In this document: positions 23,301-35,335 of the stretch, piece by piece | How the letters are laid out: every line of letters begins with the position of its first letter | How positions within the stretch are numbered: the first letter of the stretch is position 1 | From: Lama guanicoe | Taxonomy: Eukaryota | Assembly: GCA_013239625.1 (NCBI GenBank) | Contig: MU054117.1 | Location: 1,548,011 to 1,612,010, forward strand | Reading direction: 5' to 3' | DNA: 64,000 nucleotides | Notes under the pieces: model-generated | What the model was told of the DNA's origin: nothing | What the model saw: only the letters and a program-made list of their open reading frames with translations | Databases searched by the model: none | Translations under genes and position numbers: made by a program

Positions 23301-23571
23301 CCCAGAGAAGTTGCCATATTTCACTCCCTATAAAATTGTGAAATAAACTGGAAAACTGTGAAATAAGACACAGCAGCCCAGTAGGACAAAAACAAGGGTA
23401 TTAATTCATAAGGACTGTACTTCTCCACACAGCCCTAGTATTTGCTAATTCTCGGTGATGATACATGGTTTGTGCTTGTTTTATTATTTTTCAAGTCTTC
23501 TGGATACACACAGAAAATAAATCCAAGTCTAATGATCTAGGTTTCTAGCTTGGTTGACTTGGTTGAGCAGA

Positions 23572-23760
23572 TTAGCGTTTCTTCAAGTGTGACGCCTGGA
23601 CCAGCAGCATAAGCACCACCTGGGAAATTGTTAAAAGCATAAATTCTTGGGCCCCATTCCAGGCCCACTCAATCAGAAATTCTGAGCGTTGGGCCTTGCA
23701 ATCTGTGTTTTAACAAACCCTCTATATAATTCTGGTGCACAGTTAAGTCTGAGGACCATG
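23572..23760. mobile_element. MER5A-like hAT-Charlie MITE
   Basis: GGACCAGCAGCAT...CACCTGGGAAATTGTTA...AATCAGAAATTCTG...TTTTAACAAACCCTC...AAGTCTGAGGACCA. Confidence 0.88.
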
Positions 23761-24009
23761 TGACGAAATAAAAAATCTTACATTCACCTAGAAAAGAAAA
23801 CAAGAGAAGCAGGCTGGGGCAGAGATGATGAGGATACATAAAGTGCTTTACCAATTCACCTTCTTTTCTCTCCTTCCTTGCCAGACCCCTAGGGGCCACT
23901 GTCTTCCTTCTACTTTTAACAGGTAAATTTACTTAGCACTCATGAATGTACACTTCTTAGTCTATTTACATTGTACTTTTTAAAAGTACCTAAATCTTCA
24001 GCGCAAACA

Positions 24010-24335
24010 CATGCATTAGGATTACCTGGGAGAGTGTTTTAAAAGTACTGACGCCCACCCCTTCCACACACGAGGACAAGCGAAGAGGAGGAGGTAACCC
24101 AGAAGAGGGTCCTCACCAGAACTGACCCTGCCAAGTGGCACCCTGACCTCTGGCCACCAACCTCCAGCACTGTGAGAAGTAAATGTCCGTTGTTTATTTA
24201 AAAAAACAAACATAAAACTGATGCTCAGGTCCTATCTCACACCAATTAAATCAGATTTTCTGGGGCTGGAGACTGGCCAAAAGTTTTTAAAAGCTCCCCA
24301 GGCAATTCTAGTGTCCAATCAGCAGAAAACCATTC
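24010..24335. mobile_element. MER5-like MITE interrupted by an MLT1 (MaLR) LTR fragment at ~24055-24210
   Basis: The MER5 halves are GGATTACCTGGGAGAG...AAAAGTACTGACGC and CCAATTAAATCAGA...AAGCTCCCCAGGCAATTCTA. The insert has MLT1 text CCTCACCAGA...CCTCCAGCACTGTGAGAAGTAAATGTCCGTTGTTTA. Confidence 0.8.
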
Positions 24336-24639
24336 AGTCTAAATGAAAGTCTTTGTCTCTACTTCATGTATTTCCAAGTACCTGTATCAGAATCACCAGG
24401 GCCATATCTCTCAAAATGATATTTAAGATAATCTTCAGTGATACATGCATATGACCTTTTGAAAAATAGGTACGCATTTACTTTTACAGGTTTTTGGCAA
24501 GGATATGATTTCCATGTATGGAATTGAAAATTTCATTTTAAAGTAAGATTCCATTTTTTTTTAAGTGTGCCACTTCTTTTAAAAAACTAAAAGAACAGAA
24601 CAAGGGATAGGGCAACACTGCAAACATGCAAAGTGAACA

Positions 24640-24802
24640 AAAAAAGTGGTTAACCCTGACCAAGGTGCTTATTAAAGATACGGATTCCTGAGTCCTACCC
24701 CAGCAATCCTAAACCAGAAACTTGGGAGTGCGATCCAGAAATTTACATTTTTAACAAGTGCTCCCAGGTGACTCCTATTCACTACAGCTTAGAAATGCTC
24801 TA
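24640..24802. mobile_element. MER5-like MITE
   Basis: GATTCCTGAGTCCTACCCCAG...ATTTTTAACAAGTGCTCCCAGGTGACTC...CTTAGAAATGCTCT. Confidence 0.75.
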
Positions 24803-25394
24803 GTAAGAGGCATCTGAGCCCCCTGCCAGCAGGCAGAGAACAAGGCTGGATGTGAAGGGGAAAGTTCATTCACCTGACCGCCACCACGCCCCGGCCTCAC
24901 AGGAGGACAGGCCCCAGCTACACCTGCTGGGTGAGGAAGAAGCAGTTTCTCCTCCAAGACCCAGATCCCATCCTGACCTCCCACCCTGCCCCTTCCCTGC
25001 AGGCTTCTCAGCAGCCAGAGCTCATTCTAATTCTGCTCTCTTCTTTTCACCCTCTCATCCTCCTGACAACGGCCAGATGCCTTGAGTACTCCCCTGCCAG
25101 TCAGACCACCCCCCGTCCCGTGCTCATTCACCTTTCCAGCTACCGTGTGAAGCTAATTGTTTTAAAATGTCAAAATACTGACAATAATCCAATCACCCTG
25201 GGTTACACCTGTACTCAAATTCCAGTGATCAACATGCTCTATGCATTCAAACTGAACTTGTTTTTAACTATCTGTATACTGTGGCCTGGTTCTCAGTCAC
25301 TTCGCTAGACAGAGAGGATAGAGAACAGGTTCCAGTTCACCTGCCAACTCCTCTCCATCAGCAGCAGCCAGTGGGTCCCAACCGTGACAGCACA

Positions 25395-25556
25395 CGGAAC
25401 CGCCTGCACAGCGGTTTAAAATCCCCACCCGGAGGCCCCGTCCCAGCCCCAGCTCAGTCAGAATCTCTTAGGGTGAGGGTGAGGGCGAAACCAGGCATTA
25501 TTTTTTCCTTAAGCTTCTCGGGTGATGTCAACATGCTGCCAAGACTGAGAACCGCT
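25395..25556. mobile_element. MER5-like MITE
   Basis: CAGTCAGAATCTCTTAGGGTG...CCAGGCATTATTTTTT...GGTGAT...GCCAAGACTGAGAACCGCTG. Confidence 0.78.
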
Positions 25557-28424
25557 GAGCCAGGCTCAGCCAGAAGGATCCCCAAGACAGAGCTCGAGGC
25601 TGTCTGCCACGGTGGCAGCACTTCTGCCACTACGGCCCGAGATGCACTCACTCAGCCAGTACAGAGCAGCGACTCCTGAGGACCGAAGCTCCAAACTCCA
25701 GCACTCATGCGGGCAATACGCACATATTTGTTTGTATTTATCTTCTCTTTTTTTTGGTCAGGAAATACCTGGTATTTGTTTACTCTGACCTGGCAGGTGT
25801 TTTTTAAACCCAAACACCATACCTCCAAACATGAACAGAATTTTTATAGAATTAAACTGGCTCAGATTTTTTTCATGCACAGTAAGATAATTTCAATTTC
25901 CAAAAAGTTATGTATTATTAAACAATTGAACCATCTTTCCTAATTTTATAAACATGTAAACGTCTCAGTTTAACCCACCAAAAGTTAAACAATATCTTTG
26001 TTACTATATAAAGATGAAGAAAACTAACATTTAACAGGCTCAGATTTAGACTTAAAATTTTCTTCAGTGCCTTAGATGACGTCGATTATATCCACCAATG
26101 TACAAGGGAGATACTGAGCAAGTTAAAATGGACAGACACTGCTGTCCGTACAGTGCATATTTAAATATAAGTTCGAAGTTCAATATCATACATCACAAAC
26201 AACCTCAGTTATTGAATCTCTGTGATACAAACCCCTTTCATGATTACATTCATTCTACTCAGTAAAATTAGATCTATTCATTTAATATCCTGTACAGACT
26301 GTAGTCTAAAATACTACAAATCTTTTGAGCATGTGAAATTTAGATTTTAAAACCAATTTTGTAAGAAATATGCCACAAAAAATATTTATTGTACATCATC
26401 AAATGAAAAGTATATTCTTTACAAAGTCATAAAATTCACTTTACTCTTGGTACGACAAAGAAACCATGTTTAATTTTAGGAAGCTACAATTCTTCTAATA
26501 AATGAACACTTGGCAAAGAGAGCCACAGTTGTATCCACTTCCTGCCATAAATGCCAGCAGCAAGTACATCCAATTTCAAGTTCCTCTGAAGCCAATGAGT
26601 GGGCAGAAGAAAATCACAGCCAAAATGGGGAACACATGGCATTCATTCTTTGCAAAAAAAAAAAAAATCAGCAGTGGATTACAACCAGAAGGGGAAGCCA
26701 TCTGTCACAAGAAAGAGAGGTGGCAGTGGCTATCAAGAACTGTAACACGCCACCTCAACCTGGGCAGAGTCAAGCTTTAGATTTTAATTCCAGCTAACTC
26801 TTGTAATAAGCAACAGTTTTCAAAATTATTAGTGTCAAATTATGGATGGAATAGGTAAGAGGAAGAAAACCCACACTTCAACTCTACCAACACTGTTAAC
26901 TCTTACCTTGCTATTAGGAACAGCAACCACGGCAGAGAACCCACACACATGCAAAAACTCAAACAAGTCAACACTTGGACAAACTCCACTCCCTCTAGTA
27001 TAAAAAGCACTGGCAACTTTCTCTGCACCGTATTTCTAGCCTGTGAACATCTGCCCAGAATGAAGCAAGCAAGCAAGCAACTTCCCAAACACGACGGGAA
27101 GAGTCGACCACAAGTGAAAAGTCAACATTCACCACTGCCCCACCCGTCACCTAACCCCCTCCACCACCCTAATCACACCACAGCCCCTGCTTCAGGACTC
27201 CACCCTTAGTAAGGTAAGCTCACTGGCAATGCAAAAGATTTGAAAAGTAACCTTACCAAGTGTCAGCCCTGTCTTCTCTACGGTCCTAAACCCATTCAGA
27301 TCCATTTCAGACACGTGTGTGTCCAGGCTCCAGAGGAACACAACGCTGAGTGTTAGTTTCTGTCATTTTAAAATCTCAAAATATAGATGATGTTTAATTC
27401 AGATGAAGTGTAGCCACCAGACGTCTATTTAGTCAAATCAGTATTCTACACTGTCATTAGAATGTATAAAAGGTGTCTTTGACGACAGTATTTGTGAAAT
27501 TAGAATTGGTCACACTAATTCAGATTTAGCCACTTACTTGCTAATATTCCTTCCTTCATTCAAGCAGTTTTTGAAACCTCACTTCCTCCCCTCAGAGCCT
27601 TCTTCCAGAAACTAAAATAGTGATTTCCTCTAGAATAGATTCATCTAAATATCCAGCTACTGGTAATTCAATTTTTTTCAGACTTTGGCACACAAAGCCA
27701 TATTTATTCTTAAAAAAAAAACTCTTCCATTTTTAATTAAAATATATCTGTATATCTCAATAAAAGTTTAGTTTTTAATTAAATCAATGACGTGGGAGGT
27801 ATGCCTTCTGCTCCTTAAGAACATAATAAATACTGATTTACAATGGCGGTGAAGAACATAGTTACTCTCCACCACGTTAATAGTAGAATTTAGTATCTAC
27901 TTATACCAAAAATCAGTCAATATGGACCAGAAATGGCATTCACTTGCTTAAAAGGTCAATAAGCAGGATGTCAATAAGCAGATCATCTCCATCAACAAAC
28001 CTCTGGGAAAAATCCAGAGTCGAACAAAACACTCGTGAATCATGAAGCAGTTAACGCTGGCTTCTTCCTGCTCCTCCTCAGTCATGACGTTCGGAGCAAC
28101 TACAGCGTGAGGCTGAAACAGTTAACGCGACTGTGACGAATGTATTCAGTGTCCGGAGGAGTCCTCCTCCTTTCTTTGCCCTGACCACCTAGTCCAGAGG
28201 GAAGGGGCAAAGACGTGGAGAACACTGCCTGCCGCTGAACAGCCGGTGACCATGGGCTCTCAGTGAAACAAAAGTAACAGAACCTGTCCCCATCAGACCG
28301 TTTGGATGATTAAGACACAGGCAGAGCGCGTAACACGGGGCCTGCTCCTTAGCGAGCGCTACGCAAACTGTTACTACTCATTAGCAGTAGGAGCTGTTGC
28401 TGCTGTGCACTCTGCAGTCTGAAC

Positions 28425-28745
28425 CAGATGTCAGCAGCCCTTCTCTGCGCAGGGCCAGATTAAATGCTTCAGGTTCACAGAGCACATGCACTCTGTCACA
28501 GCTACTCGGCTGCCCCGCTGTTGTGGGAAGGCAGGCACAGACAATACACAAGGAAACAAGCGTGACTGTGTTCCAACCAGACTTTATTTATGGACACTGA
28601 AGGCTGGATTTCACACAAGTCACAAAATATACTCTTCTTTGGGTTGTTTTTTCAATCACTTAAAAATGTAAAACCCACTCTGGGCTTGTGGGGGGATGTA
28701 CAAATCTTGTGGGCAGGATGTGCCCCACAAACTGTCGCATGAAAC
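28425..28745. mobile_element. MER58-like hAT-Charlie MITE
   Basis: AGGGCCAGAT...CTCTGTCACAGCTACTC...GACTGTGTTCCAACCAGACTTTATTTATGGACACTGAA...AAAAATGTAAAACC. Confidence 0.8.
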
Positions 28746-30739
28746 CCTTGCGGTAAATCAGTGCATCTTAAACAGCAGCCGATGACCAAGTTTCCACCAA
28801 TCCCTAATAAAACTGTCACTGTAGTTTTTAACCACTTTATTGGAAAGAACTATCCTTTACTCTGTGATTATGCAAGTCCAACTCCTTTGGCATTACCATG
28901 TTTCTCCTCTTCTAAGAGGACGGTATGAGCAGGGAGTCATTTATCCTTTTTCAGTTGTCTCTATTGATCAATCTCACGCCAGGTCCACTCCCCTACTTTT
29001 TTTGGGCAAGAAGTGGGGGGGAGGTGGGTTGGTTGTTATTTTGCTGGTGCATGAAATCCAAGTCTAGGTAGGAACTGTTAATCTAAAGCTTTCTGCCTAA
29101 TCAAAACAAGAAAAGTAATGATACATGTCACTGACACTTGCTGTAATTTAAACGAATCAAATTACATCTCTACCATCCGCTCAGCTGGTCACCTCTCTCT
29201 CTTTTCTCGGTTCTTTCTCTTAATGTTAACTCCTTCCCAGGGGCCTCTGAATCCTACAATACTTCCATTCTTGTATTTCCTCCTCTAACTAAAGCAGACA
29301 GGAATTTTAATGTAGTCTTTCACATTTAATAAGTGACTATATACATGTTAATTTTTCAATAAATACTTTAAACAAGTATCTACACTTTACCCAGCTGTTC
29401 TCAGTTGAAACTGCCACAATGACATTTTAGTTGGCTTTTAACCAGAGAAACCAAGACCTGTCACTTCCCAGATGTGAGACGTGAACAGGTTACTCTCTTG
29501 ATTTCTACTTTTTTCATACATAAATGAGGATAATATCACTTCCCTATAGGATTAGATATAATATATGAAAGAACCTTGTATGGTATTTGAAAATGCTCTA
29601 TAAAAGTAGCTGTTAACATGTTCCCTATAAGCGGTACTCAGATGTATTCGACAACAGAGCCACTGTAAGACTTCATTTTCATTGACAAATCTATTACACT
29701 TTCTAAAGGTACAACAGATGATATAAAAAAGCCAAAGAGAACATCAGACGTAATGTAACATTTTTAATATCAATGAAGTAATAATTAGTGACATACATTT
29801 ATATAAAAATTTCAGCTAGGAAAAAAAGTAGCACAGCACACAAATAAATAGTTTCAAATAAACAGAATGAGTAAATATAAACATGCTATGTTGTACATTC
29901 TCAAGAAATCTACAGTTTTGTGAAGGTTAAATCTTCTTCACATAAAGGCACATAGTTTAAATTATTTACAGAGAGCTTTCAGTCCAACTAACCAGACAGA
30001 AACTCCTGACCACATAGAGAAAATAGAGCAGTAAAAAAATTATTTCCAGCAGTATTACATTCCTTTTGGGAAAGCACTCTATAATCCACAGATGAGTCAC
30101 TGTGGAAATAAAAACGTTAAATAATGGACACGACTGTAACTGAAAATCCTGAGAGCTGAGTGCCCTGCTCAAAGCCCCTGGTGACTCCCTCAGGGGTGTT
30201 AAGGTCACACAGGTGGTGATTAGTTATCCAGATGAAACTTATTATCCACTGTGACCCACTTTCTAGAAAAACTGTAAAGGTCCCTTGTTACAGCTTCCCT
30301 TCTCTGAGCAGATTATAAGACACATTCCATACTTCAAAAAAGGTTCTACAAAAAATAAACAAACAAAAAAGGTTCTACAATATTCTTTGTATTTATGAAA
30401 TATATGACTTGATTCTAATTAACATTTATTGCACTGTACACCTATTATGGTAAGTAGTCTTGTCCATAATTTTATACATATTATCTCCTTTACTCCCAGT
30501 TAACTATCACAAGAATCATAAAAACATTTTTTCTCCATGTGACAACTGATGAAACTCACATGAAAGCACTTTGCTCTTTATATGCACGCATTGATTTTGT
30601 GCTGCCTACCTTGGAAAGGACAGAATAGTCCAATATTCTCATTCCCAGAAGCAGCTAACTTGGATATGTGAATCAGCAGTCTTGAACTAGGGTATTAAAA
30701 TCAAAATGAAGAGACTCTTAGAATTACTTTAGAATAACT

Positions 30740-30895
30740 GACAAAAATCAGATAATTTTAGAAGAATCTCTAGAGACCACCTTGTCCAACCCTTCTGGGT
30801 TTTACAGATGAGAAAATGAGTCCAAAAAGATTAAACAACGTACCGATGGTCACACACCTAGTTACTGACTGGCAGAGCCAGGATCAAAATGAGAA
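30740..30895 (+). mobile_element. MIR SINE
   Basis: TTTTACAGATGAGAAAATGAG...GGTCACACACCTAGT...GGCAGAGCCAGGA. Confidence 0.8.
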
Positions 30896-30937
30896 TGCAA
30901 GTCTACTTTTTTAAAATCAGGGTCCTGTCCGCTACAT

Positions 30938-31615
30938 CAGTGATTCTCAAGCTCATCAGACCCAATGCCAGCACCCCCATTTTTATAACAAATATTCTGT
31001 AGTGTGCCCTTTATTATCATAAAAGGAAATTCACAGATAATAAGCCCACTCTCCATGCAATAAAAAAACTTAATACAATGCTCTATGAAAGAAAGATAAA
31101 AGAGTTTTATGATGATAGAATACCTATGTTAACATGTGAGATGCTGCGACACAGCTTCTCCAAAAGACGTCCACGTGCAAACAGAGGCTGCTTGGTGGGT
31201 GCACTGGCCCACTATGCAATGCTGCTCCAGTCATCTTCTAAAATGATAAAAACTCTACATAAAGCTCCAAACAAAATGAAGTACAGTCTTACAATGACTT
31301 ACACGACAGTCCCAATGCTAGCAAATTCAGTGTATACTGAAGCTACTCAAAAACCGCTAATGTGTTTATGCACGTTTACACAGTTAAGATCTGGGCTCAG
31401 GTCATTATAAACAGATTTTTCACCTACACAAATTTCTGGCAAGACATCTGGAAATCACATGGAATGAGGGAGAAGGCTTCAATGAAGGGCTATCCTACCC
31501 ATTGCAGGGTATCTAGCAATCCTGGGCCCCCTCCACCCTAAATCCAAGAAATGCCTTCTGTCTCCAAATTATTCTAGCAGCCAGTATTTCCACAACTTTC
31601 CCACAATTGAGAACA
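30938..31615. mobile_element. hAT-type DNA transposon remnant
   Basis: Starts CAGTGATTCTCAA and ends ...ATTGAGAAC, i.e. Charlie-type terminal inverted repeats. Subfamily not assigned. Confidence 0.6.
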
Positions 31616-34264
31616 AAAACACTACTTTTGAAAACAAGTACCAACCACCAAAAGTACAAAGAGAAATTTAGCTACTACTATTTAAGTAGATTTTCTTTTA
31701 CCTGCGCTATCTCTTGCAAATGCTCTGTACCATGGGTAACGTGTTTCACGTTAAACAAGAAATATATCCCATGAACTACAGGACAGGAAAGACTGGAACT
31801 CACTAAAGTATGCTTCTCTCCTAAGAACTTGGCACCTATTCTAAGTTCCTATACCATCTGGTAAGAATAAGCTACTAATTTCTCAGATTATCAAATCTAT
31901 GAAAGATAATCAAAACTAAGAAAACTTTCTGAATATATTCTTCTACTCTCTCAACTAGATTTAAAATACTAAACAATTTTCACATAGCTCTCAAAAAACG
32001 TTTTTCTCTGAACTAAAGTGACTGTTGTAGGACATGAATAATGTAAAGAGTGCAACTGTGTAAAAAAATTAAAAATACTATGCTTGAACAAAGATTGATC
32101 TGTGAACAGCCATCAAAGCAGTTTTGCTTTCATTTTAATTCTGTTATCTCAGACCAATAACAGGAATGATGCTGGTGTACAAAGAACAATATATATATAA
32201 ATATCCGTCCAAAATTCCTTACCCAAACGGTTAAACTATAACATAACTTTATTTATATTTTTTGACAATGAAAATACCTTAATTACAGACACATATCTCT
32301 TCCTAGATTTCATGAAACATAGAAAAATAACTCAATATAAATAATGAAGAAATTTAACCTGAAAAATATTTCCTTTAGTTATGCTTTTAAGATACTATGA
32401 AAATGAAGGACAAAGGTTTTTCATTACAAAATTTTACAGCATGTAGGAAGACTTAAGAGGTTAATAACTTGTCCTAATCCCTGCTCTCGGGCAAAAAATG
32501 TTATCTTGTGATAAACCGGTGACAGTTTCTCCTCATATCTTTGCTGGCAGTATCAGAAAATAAAAATACATATCTTCTTTTTTTTTTTTTTAACCATTCA
32601 GAGAATTTAAAAACGAAATCAAAATGAAACAGAAAACAACAGGCCTCTGCGTACACAGCAGAAGGCGCCCAGACCGTGGGCTCTACACTCAACAACAGCT
32701 CCCTACTTCAAGCTTACTGGGTATTATTCCTCCAGCATAAAGTAGGTAAAAAAAAGTTAAAAAAAAATTTCCATGAGAGTGGCTTGATATGCGTTGCCTG
32801 GCAATATTCTTATTCTTTAAAACTGAGCTCTCCCTTTTTCCGGATTTTACAATGCTTTCTAATAGTTAAGCAACGGTCATACAGACAGGTTCCCGCCGTC
32901 AAGAAATTCTTGATGATTTGCTCTCTTTCTCAGGGCAACAAATTATAATGTTCAAGCACTGCTCACAAGATAATCCTTAAAATATGCAGTGATTTTGAAG
33001 AACTTAAGTTCTCTTTCTTTAGGGTTAAGAATATTAAGTGACTCCGAGAGAGTGAACAAAATTGAAAATTAGTGTAGACAGAAATTACAACCAAAAATTC
33101 ATCAATATGTCTTTTTCCTTTTTTAATTTCTTCACAGTAAAAACTGGGTAATTGATGAGACAAAGAGGAATCCTTACCACAGAACATTCAATAAGGAAAC
33201 CATTCACTGGTTAGCGAATTGTAACTGCTGGCTAAGACAGCCACCCCAGGAACCTCTCTAAGGACAGAGAATTACATGCTGTCAACAAACAACAAGCAGC
33301 AACAGGATCTTCTGACCTTTTTCAACCTGTTGCTCTTTCTTTCACTGACCTTTCTACTAAGGGGTTGCTGTGTATTTCTAGAAGTCTATTATCCTCACAT
33401 CCGTTTTACCCTACAAAGTAAGACACAGAGTGAAAAGAACAATCCTGGAGAAAATGTATGTATTCTTCACACAGATCCTCTAAATCACTAGGCACTTTAA
33501 TGTTAATGTTAATTCAGGAGCCAAAAATTCAAGGAAGTGATTTACCATACCCTTATAAACTTTTCACATTGCTTCCAGCTTTACTTCCAGTTAGGGCAGT
33601 TCATCAGAAAAATACAATGGTACAAAGGAAGTGCTCAATATTAGTTAAATCAACAATGTTAAATATTAAACATGAAAACTGGTACTTAAAAATAGATGAA
33701 CACTTTCATAGCTTGCCACAAGGGGGGGGATCTCTAATCCCAGTTAATATCTGGGAATGCACAACCAAAACCATTAACGATCGATCTCAAAGCAGGAATT
33801 TTTGTTCAATGCACATGGACAAACTCATTCCAAAACTGTGAAGTACTTTTCCGGCTTTCTAGAACAGCAACACTTTCTATTATTTAGTATTGTCTGAGAT
33901 GAATTTTGACCTATTAGGCTTTACCCAGTCTCTTTCCATTACTCACTGCTACTGAAGAAACAGTATAATTTCCTAAACCATGGTGAAGAAGCAAAAGCCT
34001 TGCTGATGTCAAGCACCATGCTTTACTACTACAGTGAACAGGGAGGGATATTACAGCTGAAGAACAAACTAGTCGAGACCCTTAGTAACAAACTCTTACC
34101 AGAGTCAGAAGACCCCAGTAAGCCCTTTAGACTTGTAGTCCCTTCTGCCTGGAACATTTTACCCTCAGAGTCCCATTAATCAGGCCTCTCTTTCCCAACT
34201 GCCATCTGCAAAGAAACATACAGCACCTCTGCTGCAGACTGGAACACGCTGGGCGGTCTCAGTG

Positions 34265-35335
34265 AGCACCGTTTTCATTTAAAAGACTGAACTCACAACC
34301 AATGACTATTCAGTCTCAGGAATATGGCTGAATTTTTCTCAAAAATTAAGAAACCAACCTATCAACTCAAAGACAGTAATCGACAATACTTCTTGCCAGT
34401 GGTAAAATTTGACATTTCAAGCAAAACTCAGCATCTCCAACTGGTGAGTTTAAGTTACCAATACTTAAAAAGACTTCTCTAAGGAGACAGGAAGCAGTAC
34501 TAATGAATGAATCTGTTTAACGTGGTCTAATGAAATGTGTCAACATTTGGAAGACCTGTAGAACTCAATGAACCAATACTTTCCAAATGACCGACACACA
34601 GTGTTACAAAAGCAAGAGAAGGCGTACGTGTTACAGATGCACATCCTCCACAGGCAAAAGATCTGTTCCAAGTGCAAAACAGACCAGTTCATTTTAATGT
34701 AACAACGTATGGAAGGCTCACTGATAGGATTTCAGATTCCACACTGCACTAACTTTTAAGAAACTACCACTCTCTGATGAAAGTGTTCTAACACTGGATT
34801 ACGGTCACGATTGCACACCTCTCTGTAAATTTACTTTAAAAAAAATCACTGAATTGTACACTTTAGATGAGTATTATGGCATATAAACCATACCTCAATA
34901 AAGTGTTTAAAAAATACCACTTGTCAAATTTTGGTGTGGTTTCAAAAATATCCAATTATCTGAAAAGGCTTCTAAAATATTCCTGCCTTTTCCAATTACG
35001 TTAAATATTTATATGAGGCCTGATTTTCTTCATATACTTCAAACCAAACAACAAATTGCAACAGACTACTGAAAGCAAAAGCAGATGTGAGAGTCAGCTG
35101 TCTTCTATTATGCCAGACACTAGAGATTGGCAAAACTATATGTCATTTAAAATGTTCTTTATGTTAACATTTAATGCATTTGTTATTATTTTGAAATATA
35201 CTAATAAATATTTTTTAAATTTCTATTTTAGTCTTTAATATGGCAAATGTTGATAAACAAAAGCCACTTGAGGTTCCTTAAAAATTTTTACAAGTGTACG
35301 AGCATCCAGAGGCCAAAAAGCTTGAGAACTGCTGC
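34265..35335 (+). mobile_element. Charlie1-like hAT transposon 3' part, with a nested L1 3' tail at ~34772-34912
   Basis: Decayed transposase text (TGAAATGTGTCAACATTTGGAAGA, CTCAATGAACCAATACTTTCCAAATGACC) and terminus CCAAAAAGCTTGAGAACTGCTG. The nested tail is flanked by AA(C)TACCACT repeats. Confidence 0.82.
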
